Positions 1 to 12,779 of a stretch of 64,000 nucleotides of DNA are shown here, in pieces. A program made the translations under genes and the position numbers. Origin of the DNA: Octopus sinensis (lineage: Eukaryota); NCBI RefSeq assembly GCF_006345805.1, contig NW_021836303.1, positions 1 to 64,000 of the forward strand, given 5' to 3'. The notes below the pieces were generated by a model that worked only from the letters and a program-made list of their open reading frames with translations, did not search any database and was not told the origin of the DNA. How positions within the stretch are numbered: position 1 is the stretch's first letter; every line of letters begins with the position of its first letter.

Positions 1-22
1 AAAACGGCATCACACCTCAAGA

Positions 23-162
23 GAACTGGTACTTATTTAAAAGACCCCGAAAGGATGAAAGGCAAAGTGGACCTCGGCGGAATTTGAACTCGGAACGTAA
101 CGACAGACGAAATACTGCTAAGTATGCCGCCCGGCGTGCTAACGATTCTACCAGCTCGCCAC
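23..162 (-). mobile_element. tRNA-derived SINE, family A (Meta-domain-like core)
   Basis: Reverse complement of ggcgagctggtagaatcgttagcacgccgggcg...gagttcaaattccgccgaggtc...ctttcatcctttcgggg...aagtaccag, repeated >20 times in the window. Head has A/B-box-like motifs. The core resembles the Meta/Sauria SINE domain (recalled). Confidence 0.85.
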
Positions 163-367
163 TTTAACGATGGAATCTAAAAAATAAAAAAAAAGTATTA
201 GAAATAGATAAATGAAAAATAAAAAGCATAAAAATACGAGTAACTGATTTGTAGCATACGGAAATTTATGGAAATTTATTTGGAGTAGTGTATCGTGATT
301 GGAGTGATTGGGAATCACTCTGTCGATATCGAAAGGCAGAGGCGGGGCCATATTTCCATAAATACAC

Positions 368-377
368 AACACACCCC

Positions 378-411
<34 letters not shown>

Positions 412-460
412 TACACACACATACACACGCACATATGTTGTATGTATGTATGTATGTATG

Positions 461-503
<43 letters not shown>

Positions 504-510
504 TTCATAT

Positions 511-558
<48 letters not shown>

Positions 559-649
559 TATATACATTATATATACATATACTATATATATATATATATA
601 TGTGTGTGTGTAGGTATACATTTAAATACATATAGGTATGCACACACAC

Positions 650-680
<31 letters not shown>

Positions 681-750
681 TGTATGTATGGATGCATGTA
701 TGCAAGTGTGTATGTATGTACGTACGTATGTATGTATGTATGTATGCAAT
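368..750. repeat. Compound (CA)n/(TATG)n/(TA)n microsatellites
   Basis: Directly visible; explains the low-complexity ORFs here. Confidence 0.95.
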
Positions 751-875
751 CTCACACAGGAGAGAAAGCGTGAAGTATTCACGTATTTCTCTACGTTTTA
801 GTGTTATTTATTCTGCGAATTTAATTGAACATAAGGCGTTGCTGATTGCTGCAATAAAATTCTAAATAACTATAG

Positions 876-938
876 ATCAATGTCAGTGTATTAATGCCTC
901 GATAAGACAAACGACCAAACTTGTTACGCTTATCTATA
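876..938 (+). CDS. Candidate 63-nt phase1-phase1 exon (DQCQCINASIRQTTKLVTLIY)
   Basis: tatag| acceptor with a weak pyrimidine tract, strong A|GTGAGT donor, open frame, length divisible by 3. Confidence 0.35.
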
Positions 939-1635
939 GTGAGTCACCACACACCACTATAGATACATACATACATACATGCATAGATACATACATACGG
1001 ACATGCAGAAAGATTTAAATGCCGATTAACAAAACAAGATCCTTTCCTTCACACCCTTGCAATCAAGTTGGTGATTGGTCGAAATTTATCCACAATTAAA
1101 TGGAGAAAGGGAACATGTATATTACAATGGTTAACGTTTATCTAATTGCTTGTGTATAGTAGCACTTTTGATTATGGACCGAGTTCTATAGTGCGACTGT
1201 AAAATTCTCAGGTGTAATTTATATTTCCTGTTCCTGTTTGCTGATATAAATGTTTGTGTATGTATTGGATTGGTGCAGAATTATTGCGGCTTTTTCTTTT
1301 TTTTCAACAAATTTTATTCAACAAAAATAATAACGACATGTAACAAAAACATCTTTAAATTATTATTCCGGAGCATATTCACTATCTACTTCAGTTACTG
1401 CTTCCCATTTGCTTGGCTGACGGTCAGACCGTCATTTAAATATATTTTTGTTAAATATTGTTATGGTTTTTGTTGAATAAAATTTGTCGAAAACAAGCCG
1501 CAATAATTATGCACCAACCCAACATGTTTATTTTGTGTGTGCGTATAGAAGTGTACGTGTGTGTATGTTTATGTATAGATGTATGTACATGCATTTGTGT
1601 ATACATGTTTATATATATTTAGGTATGCATGTATA

Positions 1636-1887
1636 CAGCAATCCCTCGACTATCGCGTGTGTTACGTTCCAAAACACCTCGCGATAGGCGAAAATCCGTG
1701 AAGTAGAAACAGTACTGTACGGTATATCTTTTTTATTATTATTTTTGTTATTTGTATATGTTTATTTTATTGTAAATGCAAAGCAACGCCACTGAGGAAT
1801 CGACTTAAGCTTAAATACTAAACCGCGATAAGTGAACCGCGATAGGTGAACGTGATAGGTGAACCACAATATGGTGAGGGGTTACAG
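1636..1887. mobile_element. Tigger/pogo-like MITE
   Basis: TA|cagcaatccctcgactatcgcg ... ccacaatatggtgaggggttacag|TA imperfect TIRs with TA flanks; internal (aaccgcgataggtg) repeats. A partial inverted copy lies at ~47905-47950. Confidence 0.7.
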
Positions 1888-2567
1888 TATACATGTAGGT
1901 GTTTATATATATGTATATATTTAGTTGTATGTATAAATATATATGTGTGTGTGAATGTGTGTGTGTGCTTGTATGTATGTTGGAATGTATGTATGTATTT
2001 ATGTAAGTATGTATGCATGTATGAATGTATGTATCTATATATGCTTCAGCATACATAGATACATACTTCTGTTATCCCTATATGCGTACGTTAGTCTATG
2101 ATGCCTAAATACCTGTGTGTGTTTGTGTGTGTTTCTAATTTATGCCTTTATATATGTTTACTTATGTCCGTTTGATTGCTTATAGCTTACTTGTTCGCGT
2201 GCATGCTATAAAATTATGTATGCAAGTACGTGAATTATGCATGCGAGTATGTAAATATGTGCATGTTTACGCGCGTATTTATGCATTTGAGGTCGTGTTT
2301 TGTCGAGGTCTCCTGTCGGTCTCAGAGCAGTTAAACCAATAAATGATTTCTGCTTAAGGCAACACATAATACTCCGGAGGATTTGCGCAAATTTAAATTC
2401 ATTATATATCGCAATTACGTAATTATATAGAATTAATGATGTTTATCGTAATGAAACAGCTGTTGAGCAGGGCAAAAGATTTAACTATGAGCATGATTAT
2501 TAACCATAATAAATGCATTTTCTGCTTCTATCCTAAATGTATATATATATATATATATTATATATAT

Positions 2568-2649
2568 AACGGGAAGCTTTATGAAAATAAACAAAAGACG
2601 AAAGCAGGTGGAATACAAACAAACAATTGTATTAGTATAGCGCTCAGGA

Positions 2650-2650
<1 letters not shown>
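2568..2650 (-). mobile_element. 5'-truncated family-B (TA)n-inserted element (no ribozyme)
   Basis: Reverse complement ttcctgagcgctatactaataca...ccacctgctttcgtcttttg matches the 3' part of 30681-30845 and 56803-56974; (TA)n on both sides. Confidence 0.7.
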
Positions 2651-2713
<63 letters not shown>

Positions 2714-2723
2714 ATATATATAT

Positions 2724-2754
<31 letters not shown>

Positions 2755-2909
2755 ACTGTCTCTCCCTCTCTGTCTGCTTGTCTGTCTGTCTGTGTATCTA
2801 TATATATGTGTGTATGTATGTATTTATATATGTGTGTGTTCGTGTATGTATTTAGGTTTGTGTATATCTAATCTATCTATCTATCTATTTACCTTTCTAT
2901 CTATCTATC

Positions 2910-2980
<71 letters not shown>

Positions 2981-3119
2981 AGAATTATCTATCTGTCTAT
3001 ATATATATAATGAAATGATTAAAGCTGATATAATTCCTTTATGTGAATCAAATAAAAGGAATATACGCAATATTATATGTGAAATTACAAGAGAACAAAG
3101 AAACATATAATTATCAATT

Positions 3120-3304
3120 TGATGATGACGATGTTTATGCTGTGGTTGATGATGATGATGATGATGATGATGAAAGATCTTGGGCATGACGATGATGATG
3201 GCATGATGATGATAGTGATGATGATGATGATGATGATTGTGATGATGAAATATCTTGGCCACGACGATGATGATGGAATGATGATGATGGAATGATGATG
3301 ATAG

Positions 3305-3368
<64 letters not shown>

Positions 3369-3711
3369 AATGATTGTGATGATGAAATATCTTGGCCCCG
3401 ACGATGATGATGAAGCGATGATGACGATGATAGTGACGATGATGTTGATGATGATGATTATTATGGTGATGTTAAGACAGGTGGTGATGAAGATACTGAT
3501 GACGATGATGATGCAACGACGGCGACGACGACTACAATGATAATGATGATGGTGATGGTGATAAGGATGGTGGTGGTGATGATGCAGATGACGACAATGA
3601 TGCGACGATGACGATAATAACGGTGGTGGTGATGATGATGATGATGATGATGAGGAGGAGGAGGAGGAGGAAGGTGATGATGATGATGATGATGATGATG
3701 ATAATTATGAC

Positions 3712-3746
<35 letters not shown>

Positions 3747-3753
3747 CGATGAC

Positions 3754-3791
<38 letters not shown>

Positions 3792-3798
3792 CGATGAC

Positions 3799-3841
<43 letters not shown>

Positions 3842-3945
3842 TTGATGATAATGATGATGATGATGATGATGACGGCGTCGACGACGATGACGACAACGAT
3901 GATGATTATTATGCTGATGATGGTCATGATCATGACGACAACGAG
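3120..3945. repeat. Degenerate (GAT)n/(GAC)n triplet array
   Basis: Directly visible. Confidence 0.95.
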
Positions 3946-4917
3946 TAATAAATAAATAAATAAATAAATATATAAATGAAAGTATTAACGATTCTAACAA
4001 AACAGTTGCAATAACAAAATCCAAGCAACATAAATAACAATAACCACGACAACAACAACAATAGCAATAATAATAACAACAACAATAGCAATAATAACAA
4101 CAACAACAACAATAGTGATTATATTATGACGAGAGTCATTGCACTTTCTGGGTTTAGGTATGCTTTGGGACTGACCCAGATATTAACCAATCATTGTGTG
4201 GCTGACCTTGAAAAGAACCAATCGCTAGCAAGCAAGGGCCCGACCAGATTCTGACTAGCAAGCGTTAACTTCGTGGAATATGTTATTTAGTGCGAAGGAA
4301 CGGGGACGATGGCTGAAAGACGAGTAATAGTGGGAGGGGCAGGTAAAGAAAAAAAAATATAAAGGAGTTGGAGATGACGCCCAGAAGACGAAGAGAAATT
4401 TTATGTCAAGATGGTGTACCAGTTTTTGAGAACGTTGACATATTTCGAACGGCTTTTGTCTCTGTTTTTATTCTTCGACGGCGGAGAAATAAATAATAAA
4501 GGCTAACATTTTCAAGGGCGTAAGAAAGAAAGCAAGACTAAGGTGTAAATAAACAAGCAAACAAGCTAATAAATAATATATTATTAGTAAATAACTACTA
4601 TTTTTACTAGTATTATAAATAACAGCTTCTAAAAATAGGCACAAGGTTAGTTAGAATAACGTGGTGGGGGAGAAAGCGAAGAAGGAGTTAGGTTGCTTCA
4701 AAAGGCCTTTGTACCTGACTGCTATTTTCGTTTTGTTTCAGCGACTACGGAAGGCTGAAAAGCTAACACGAACGACCTCGGCGGGATTTGAACGCGGGTC
4801 GCAGAGAACAGGAACTGATACGGTGTGTTCCATTCCACTCAGCTAATTTACCGTTCCAATCTTCCATTTCTTTCGTTAATACATTTTTAAATTTTAGTTA
4901 TTGATAATTTTGCCTGC

Positions 4918-4995
<78 letters not shown>

Positions 4996-5024
4996 GTCTA
5001 TCTATCTATCTATCTATCCACCTT

Positions 5025-5081
<57 letters not shown>

Positions 5082-5094
5082 ATGCGTGTGTTTG

Positions 5095-5133
<39 letters not shown>

Positions 5134-5292
5134 ATAGCATATATATATATAGGTGCACACATATATATAGACACGTATATAAACACACATGTATGTATAG
5201 CACGTCACGTGATCAGGTGACCGACCAAGCAATCAAATATTACACATTGCTGGTCACAATGCAAATTTGCATTGTTTTAGCATTCATATTTA

Positions 5293-5335
<43 letters not shown>

Positions 5336-5371
5336 GTATATATATATATACACACACACACACACAAATAT

Positions 5372-5438
5372 ATTATTAGATCAGTGACTATATATATATG
5401 TGTGTGTGTGTGTGTGTATGCGTGCGTGTAAATATGCG

Positions 5439-5487
<49 letters not shown>

Positions 5488-5535
5488 TATATATAATATG
5501 TATATAATATATATATATGCATATTTACACGCACG

Positions 5536-5579
<44 letters not shown>

Positions 5580-5596
5580 GTCACTGATCTAATAAT
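5372..5596. repeat. Inverted repeat centred on (TA)n
   Basis: attattagatcagtgactata-(GT)n-gcgtgcgtgtaaatatgc ... gcatatttacacgcacgc-(CA)n-tatagtcactgatctaataat. Confidence 0.85.
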
Positions 5597-5825
5597 GGCA
5601 GTCGGTCTTTAGGCAGAAGGCCAGAATTTTTTAGAGGAAGCAGTCACATCATACCATCGACAACAGTACTCGTCTGTTACTTTATTTCATTGAACCCGGA
5701 AATATTAACACCAGAATTGTCGTCGCTAAGGTTTGAACTGAAAGCGTAAAATACTGAAACAAATAGTTCACGGTTCTTCCGATTCTTCCAATCTACCCGC
5801 CGAACCATTATTCTTTGTTGTATAG

Positions 5826-6020
5826 AGGCAAGGCCAGAAATTGATGAGGAAGAGGGTTAATCACTTACATCGACCAACTGATAATCATTTCATCGACCCC
5901 CCCCCCCACAAAAGGATGTAAAGGTAAGGTCGACCTCGGAGATATTTGAATTCAGAAAGTGTAAAACCGGACCAAGTGGCGCTAAGCATGTTGACCGGCG
6001 TGCTAACGATACTGCCGTCT
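5826..6020 (-). mobile_element. Family A SINE, diverged
   Basis: Similarity to the other family A copies. Confidence 0.7.
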
Positions 6021-6117
6021 TAATAATAATACTACTACTACTACTACTACTAATACTACTATACTACTACTACCACCAGCACCACCAGCACCACCACCAC
6101 CACCACTACTACTACTA

Positions 6118-6148
<31 letters not shown>

Positions 6149-6205
6149 ACTACCACTACTACTACTACTACTACTAATAATAATAATAATAATAATAACA
6201 ATAAT

Positions 6206-6636
6206 AATAGGAAGCCAGACATAGTCTTAATTGAGAAAAATAGAATAGGACGCCAGACATAGACTTAATTGAGAAAGAAAACAAACTATGCTGGATCATA
6301 GATATGGCATGCCCAGCTCACAACAAGGTGTGCGATAAGGAAGAAAGAAAAGTCGAGAGATATGACAGGTTAGCTTGGGCAGTTAAGCAGTTGTGGCCGA
6401 TGAAAAAAGGTAGCAGTAGTACTAGTAATTGTTGGATCCCTGGGGACAGGGAGCAAAAAGTACGTGAAACAAATGGGGGCTGCAATAAAGGTGGAGCACT
6501 TGCAGAAAAAGGCACTTCTTGGAACCGCTCAAATACCCCAGAAGGTGCTCGAAAAATAAGGGGTGTTATCTTAGTTTACTGGTAGTGAACAGCTGACACT
6601 GTAGTACATCTCCAGCGTTAGAAGCCGTGCAAAGGG
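6206..6636 (+). mobile_element. 3' fragment of R4/Dong-like non-LTR retrotransposon (restriction-like endonuclease domain)
   Basis: RRPDIDLIEKENKLCWIIDMACP...KVERYDRL and, after a frameshift, VIVGSLG: PD-(D/E)xK RLE motifs. (AAT)n on both flanks. Confidence 0.85.
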
Positions 6637-6675
6637 AATAATAATTATAATGAGGATGATAATAATAATAATGAT

Positions 6676-6715
<40 letters not shown>

Positions 6716-6739
6716 GTAGTAGTAGTAATAATCGTTTCT

Positions 6740-6952
6740 ACTGAAGGCACACGACCATGAAATTTTGGAGTAGAGGACTAGTCGATTAAATCCACCCAGT
6801 GTTTCACTTGTACTTAATTTACTAACCCCGAAAGGATGAAAGACAAAGTAGACCTCGGCGGAATTTGAACTCAGAACCGAGCAATGCGCAATGAGCGAAA
6901 TCTCGCTAAGCATTTCATCCGGCGTGCTAACGATTCTGCCAACTCGCCGCCT
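6740..6952 (-). mobile_element. Family A SINE
   Basis: Near full-length match to the family A consensus. Confidence 0.85.
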
Positions 6953-7306
6953 TATTAACAACAACAATAACAACGATAATAATAACAATTATAATAATGA
7001 TAATGATGATGGTGACGACGACGACGACGACGGCGACGATGATGATAGCGATGATGGTTCTGAGGGCGGGAATGATGATGATGATGATGATGATTATTAT
7101 TATTTACATAGAGGTAAAACATAGAACAAAATAGTGTTTCCTTTATTTTACTACAAGTGCGACGGAAGAATTTACAGGAGATGCATAATTTAGAAAAAAA
7201 GGCGGGAATTTAACAAAAACGTAATTTATGTCGACTAAAAGATGGCCGACTGAAGAGAGAACGGAATTTATGGATTGCGGAGGAGAGTAAGTAAAGAGAA
7301 GGCTAG

Positions 7307-8010
<704 letters not shown>

Positions 8011-8202
8011 AAGCGTATAACGCTGACAAATGAAATACGTATGTTAATATGAAGACGTTCTTCTTTCTCGGCTTTAGTTTAGTTGACAAATTCAGCAGAG
8101 GTCGTTGACCTCATCCGCCATAGCAAGCGCGATAAACAGAATACGATTGTGACTATTTAAGTGTGCACGTGCATACATACGTCTCGTGAGTGGCTGCTTT
8201 TC

Positions 8203-8239
<37 letters not shown>

Positions 8240-8364
8240 GTGTGAGTGTGTGAGTGTGTGTGTGAGTGGCTCTGTATGAGTGGAATGCACGAAGAGGGAT
8301 TGTATGCACGCATGGATGGGAGTGGAGGAGGAGGATGATAAACATTGTGTGCGAACGTGCACGA

Positions 8365-8482
8365 GCGTGTTCGTGTGCGTGCGTGTGCGTGCGCGTGCGC
8401 GTGCGCGTGTGCATGCGCGTGCGCGTGTGCGTGCGCGTGCGCGTGCGCGTGTGCATGCGCGTGCGCGTGTGCGTGCGCGTGC
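8365..8482. repeat. Alternating purine-pyrimidine (GC/GT) tract
   Basis: gtgcgcgtgcgcgtgtgcatgcgcgtgcgcg repeats. Confidence 0.9.
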
Positions 8483-8815
8483 TTGTATGTGAGTTTGAAC
8501 AGGCGTTTATGTCAGGCTGTGCATGAAAGTTACAGGAAGTGTTCTTATGTGCGTATGTACGTACGTCTGTGTGTGTGTGTGTATGTGTGTGTGTGGATGT
8601 AGGTGGTGTGTGTGGGGGGGGGGGTGAATGTGTGTTTGTTTATTTCTCATACATTATAATATATTATAAAGTATTAGTGCACAGCCAATTACAATCTCAG
8701 GAAATAAATGTATGATGCATCTATGTACCTGTCCATCCATCTATCTTTTTATCTACCTGTCTATCTATCTATCTTTTTATCTACCTGTCTATCTATCTAT
8801 CTTTTTATCTACCTG

Positions 8816-8881
<66 letters not shown>

Positions 8882-9009
8882 GAAGCGATGTGTATATGTA
8901 TGTATATATGCATATATATTTATATATATATATATGTGTGTGTGTGTATGTGTGTGTGTGTGTGTATACAAACACACACATACACACACACACGCACTGA
9001 CAGGAAGAG

Positions 9010-9045
<36 letters not shown>

Positions 9046-9247
9046 GTGAGATTTGTATGTATGTATAAATATTAATATAATACACATACGCATATATATT
9101 AACATATAAATGTATATATGCACTTAATATATATATGCATACATAAAAAACTACACACACACACACACATATATACATATGCCGATATGCGCGTGAGTAG
9201 AAATAGGTATTTATATATCTCTGGGTGTAAACACACACACACTCATA

Positions 9248-9282
<35 letters not shown>

Positions 9283-9287
<5 letters not shown>

Positions 9288-9821
9288 TTTAACAATTAAG
9301 GATAATCTCTTAATAAGGGATCTTAACAAGAAATTATCGGGTAGCTAGCGTGAAAACCTCATAAAAGAAAAGAATTCGAAAATAATTTTTTTCTTTTGAA
9401 CAAATTAATTATATCTATATGTATAGAGGGCATTATTACACATAAATGCCTCACACTAGGAGGGACAAAGTCATTACTACCAAAATTACACTAATCATAC
9501 CCAAATGCAGTTTTTCAAAGCAAGACATTTAAAAAATGAATTTAGTTCTGTATCACCGTGATTTCACATTCAACTTACGTCTAATGATCGTCAGCAGAAC
9601 TGATTCTGAACACATCATAAATAAACTACCAACCTTACGTAGCGAAGACGAACAGACATCTATTCACTCCGGCCAAGCACATGGAATGTTTATAAATCAT
9701 ATATCCGGTAAATGGCGGGCTTTTTACGAACTGCATGTCGGGTAATGAAAAGTATTTCGGAATAAGTTTAACAATTAAGGATAATCTCTTAATAAGCGAT
9801 CTTAACAAGAAATTATCGGGT
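9283..9821 (-). mobile_element. Retrozyme-like element, copy 1 (479-nt monomer + 60-nt redundancy)
   Basis: 9283-9342 is repeated at 9762-9821; contains a hammerhead on the minus strand; its 3' end abuts (TA)n at 9245-9284. Confidence 0.8.
9544..9601 (-). ncRNA. Type I hammerhead ribozyme
   Basis: Exact reverse complement of 10157-10214. Confidence 0.85.
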
Positions 9822-10334
9822 GTGAGGCATTTATGTGTAATAATGCCCTCTATACAATATAGATATAATTAATTTGTTCAAAAGAAAAAAAAATTATTTT
9901 CGAATTCTTTTCTTTTATGAGGTTTTCACGCTAGCTACCCGATAATTTCTTGTTAAGATCCCTTATTAAGAGATTATCCTTAATTGTTAAACTTATTCCG
10001 AAATACTTTTCATTACCCGACATGCAGTTCGTAAAAAGCCCGCCATTTACCGGATATATGATTTATAAACATTCCATGTGCTTGGCCGGAGTGAGCAGTT
10101 GTCAGTTCGTCTTCGCTACGTAAGGTTGGTAGTTTATTTATGATGTGTTCAGAATCAGTTCTGCTGACGATCATTAGACGTAAGTTGAATGTGAAATCAC
10201 GGTGATACAGAACTAAATTCATTTTTTTAAATGTCTTGCTTGAAAAACTGCATTTGGGTATGATTAGTATAATTTTGGTAGTAATGACTTTGTCCCTCCT
10301 AGTGTGAGGCATTATGTGTAATAATGCCCTCTAT

Positions 10335-10342
<8 letters not shown>
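9820..10342 (+). mobile_element. Retrozyme-like element, copy 2 (inverted; ~482-nt monomer + ~40-nt redundancy)
   Basis: 9820-9860 is repeated at 10302-10342. Reverse complement of copy 1 but opened at a different point; its 3' end runs into (TA)n. Confidence 0.8.
10157..10214 (+). ncRNA. Type I hammerhead ribozyme
   Basis: Stem I AGUUCUG/CAGAACU (7 bp); CUGACGA; stem II UCAUUAGAC-GUAA-GUUGAAUGU; GAAA; palindromic stem III UCAC-G-GUGA; UA. Predicted cleavage after 10207 (AUA). Confidence 0.85.
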
Positions 10343-10368
<26 letters not shown>

Positions 10369-10369
<1 letters not shown>

Positions 10370-10446
10370 TGAGCGTCCATAATAATACTATATTTGTTCC
10401 ACGCTCCTCGCGTTGTTGTGTTTTCTCTTTGTGTTTTCATGTTTGG

Positions 10447-10455
<9 letters not shown>
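10369..10455 (+). mobile_element. 5'-truncated family-C (TA)n-inserted element
   Basis: ctgagcgtccataataatactatatttgttccacg...gtttggattaa matches ~47094-47174; (TA)n on both sides. Confidence 0.75.
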
Positions 10456-10485
<30 letters not shown>

Positions 10486-11005
10486 CTATAAATGTATATA
10501 TATGTGTATTTAGATGCGCGTGTGTGTCTGTATATATGTATGTATCTATGTATGTATCTATGTATGTATTCAAATATGTAGTAAAGGCATCTTCGAATGA
10601 TGGTTATTTTATGGCCGTGAATGTGACAATTTAAAAAGAAAACCTAGCAAGGGATTCGCACAGAGAATCTCATTAATTTCCATAGCACATGTCCCGTTTT
10701 TGTTTTTTGTTTTTTTACTTTCTCTTCTACTCTTTTCTTCCATCACTATCTCGAGCTGGACTTGTTTGAAATAAAGCAGATGAATCACCGTAAAAACACA
10801 CAAGCTTCATATTATAAATAAGCAGAAAGACTGATCAGACAATGGTGTGCAAAGTATATCTTCAAAAATGACGTTTTCATGACTGGTAGGGTTTCTTCGA
10901 TGGGAATCGACCTGGGGTTAAACAACATCGGTGACACACTCACCACCACCACCACCACCACCACCACCAGAACCAAATTCACCACCACCAACACCGCCAA
11001 CAGCA

Positions 11006-11390
11006 TGTGGAGGCGCAATGACCCAGTGGTTAGGGCAGCGCACTCTCGGTCGGAGGATCGCGGTTTCGATTCACAGACCAGGCGTTGTGTGTGTTTATTG
11101 AGCGAAAACACCTAAAAAGGTCCACGAGGCTCCGGCAGGGGGTGGGGTGGGGTGGCGATCCCTGTTGTACTCTTTCGCCCCAACTTTCTCTCACTCTTTC
11201 CTCCTGGTTCTTGTCCTCGACGTCCTACGCAACCACTGAGACTGGATGCGCTTTCATCCATCCGTCGATGCTCTCGGTGTCTGGGGTTGATCTGCTCTCT
11301 CTTCTGCGGGTCGTACGAATAGCAAAGGACCACGTTTCGGACTTCTCCAACTAGGACGAAGACCGCTTCGCTAAACAAACAAACAAACAA
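11006..11390 (+). mobile_element. tRNA-derived SINE, OK-like head, tail type 2 with (CAAA)n end
   Basis: tgtggaggcgcaatgacccagtggttagggcagcg...ggtttcgattc head shared with the 24423, 25423 and 29708 copies; different 3' half. Confidence 0.85.
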
Positions 11391-11649
11391 ACAGCAACAA
11401 CAACAATGACAACAACGAAATCAACAATAAAACGAGAAGAAACGCCTAAGCAACTATAGCAACAATAGTATTTGTTTATCAACAAAGGTGCCTATAGATG
11501 GCAGCACAGCATTTTAGGAGTGGCAGTCAAAATCTTCTTGGAATCAAACCTTAATATCTTTGAAGTGGTAAAGAAGGACGCATGCGACATGACTGTTGTT
11601 GATATACCAACATAGGCGTGATCATCGCTATTAAAGGTAAAGGCTATCT

Positions 11650-11836
11650 TCTCGAGTAATGCCGACCCTTAAGGGCCGGCTTCCCGGTTTTTCGGTTTCT
11701 GGGACGACGGTCCGTCACAGCATTACATATTTTTGCCGGCTGAGTGGAGTGGAGCAATATAAAATAAAGTGTTTTGCTCAGGAACACAACACAACGCCCG
11801 GTCCATGAATCGAAACCATAATCTTACGATCATCAG
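11650..11836 (-). mobile_element. tRNA-derived SINE (family E), partial
   Basis: Similar to 12514-12742 and 50845-51066. Confidence 0.65.
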
Positions 11837-12513
11837 CTCTGTCACGTGACTTTCAGTGGCCTCCTGCAACTTTTTTATTTTGAGGCCTCATCCCTTCAAT
11901 CAAAATTCATTATCTACGCACCTTTTATTCATAGCTATATTTTACTTTATTCTCTCTGCAGTTCAATATTTCACGTTATCTTTAAAAGTGCAAGTTAAAT
12001 TTTATTAGGTCTATTACAAATTTCAATAAGTGAAAGTTCCAGATATGAATAAAAGAGCACTTTTATAATCCTGGCAACTTTTAAAGACAAACACTGCGCA
12101 CTTTTCACTTCATGAAATCATTGATCAGTTCAGAATAATCAAGCTGAGAGAAAGTTCGTGTTCAATAGATTTCATAGAGAATCCACAAAATCTGGTTCCT
12201 GTTCATGGTACAATGAAATATTTTTATAAGAACTTTTACGGGTACAATTATTACAATTTTATTTCTTGAAATTTTCACTTAACATAGGCAGTTTAATTTT
12301 TGTTCAACATCTTAACCAAAGTAAATAGATGACTCATCTACCTACTTTGATCTTAACATAGGGCCTCTCAACCGTGGAGGCCCTCTGAGACGGCAGAGAT
12401 TGCAGAGTCCCTGATGAAAATGAATCCAACACCCTAACCTCTAAGCCTGATGATCATGAATCTAAAACCTTAAACACGAAGCCATGTGTCTCCACAAAAC
12501 TTACCATCTCGAG

Positions 12514-12742
12514 TCATACGGACTCATAAGGGCCGGTTTCCCGGTTTTCACGACGTATATATCCCCACAGGGACAAGACGACAGTCCGTCGCAGGATTAC
12601 TAATTTTTGCCAGCTGAGCGGACTGGAGCAACGTGAAATGAAATGTTTTGCTCAAGAACACAACGCGTCACTCGGTCCAGGAATCGAAACTACAATCTTA
12701 CGATCATAAATCCAACACTCTAACCACTAAGCCACACATCTC
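12514..12742 (-). mobile_element. tRNA-derived SINE (family E)
   Basis: Minus strand: ggcttagtggttagagtgttgg...gtttcgattcctggaccg...gagcaaaacatt...ctccagtccgctcagctggc...gaaaccggccc. Confidence 0.75.
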
Positions 12743-12779
12743 ACCACAATCGTCGCTTTCGGAATGTGTTTTATCGTAG

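Noticed and set aside
9283-9761. Opposite-polarity ribozyme or GIY-YIG coding remnant in the monomer
   Set aside because: No second CUGANGA/GAAA core seen; GIY-YIG resemblance is too faint to support.
11800-11860. Minus-strand GAAA-palindrome-CTGATGA (permuted hammerhead?)
   Set aside because: Lacks the UH cleavage site and lies at a SINE edge.
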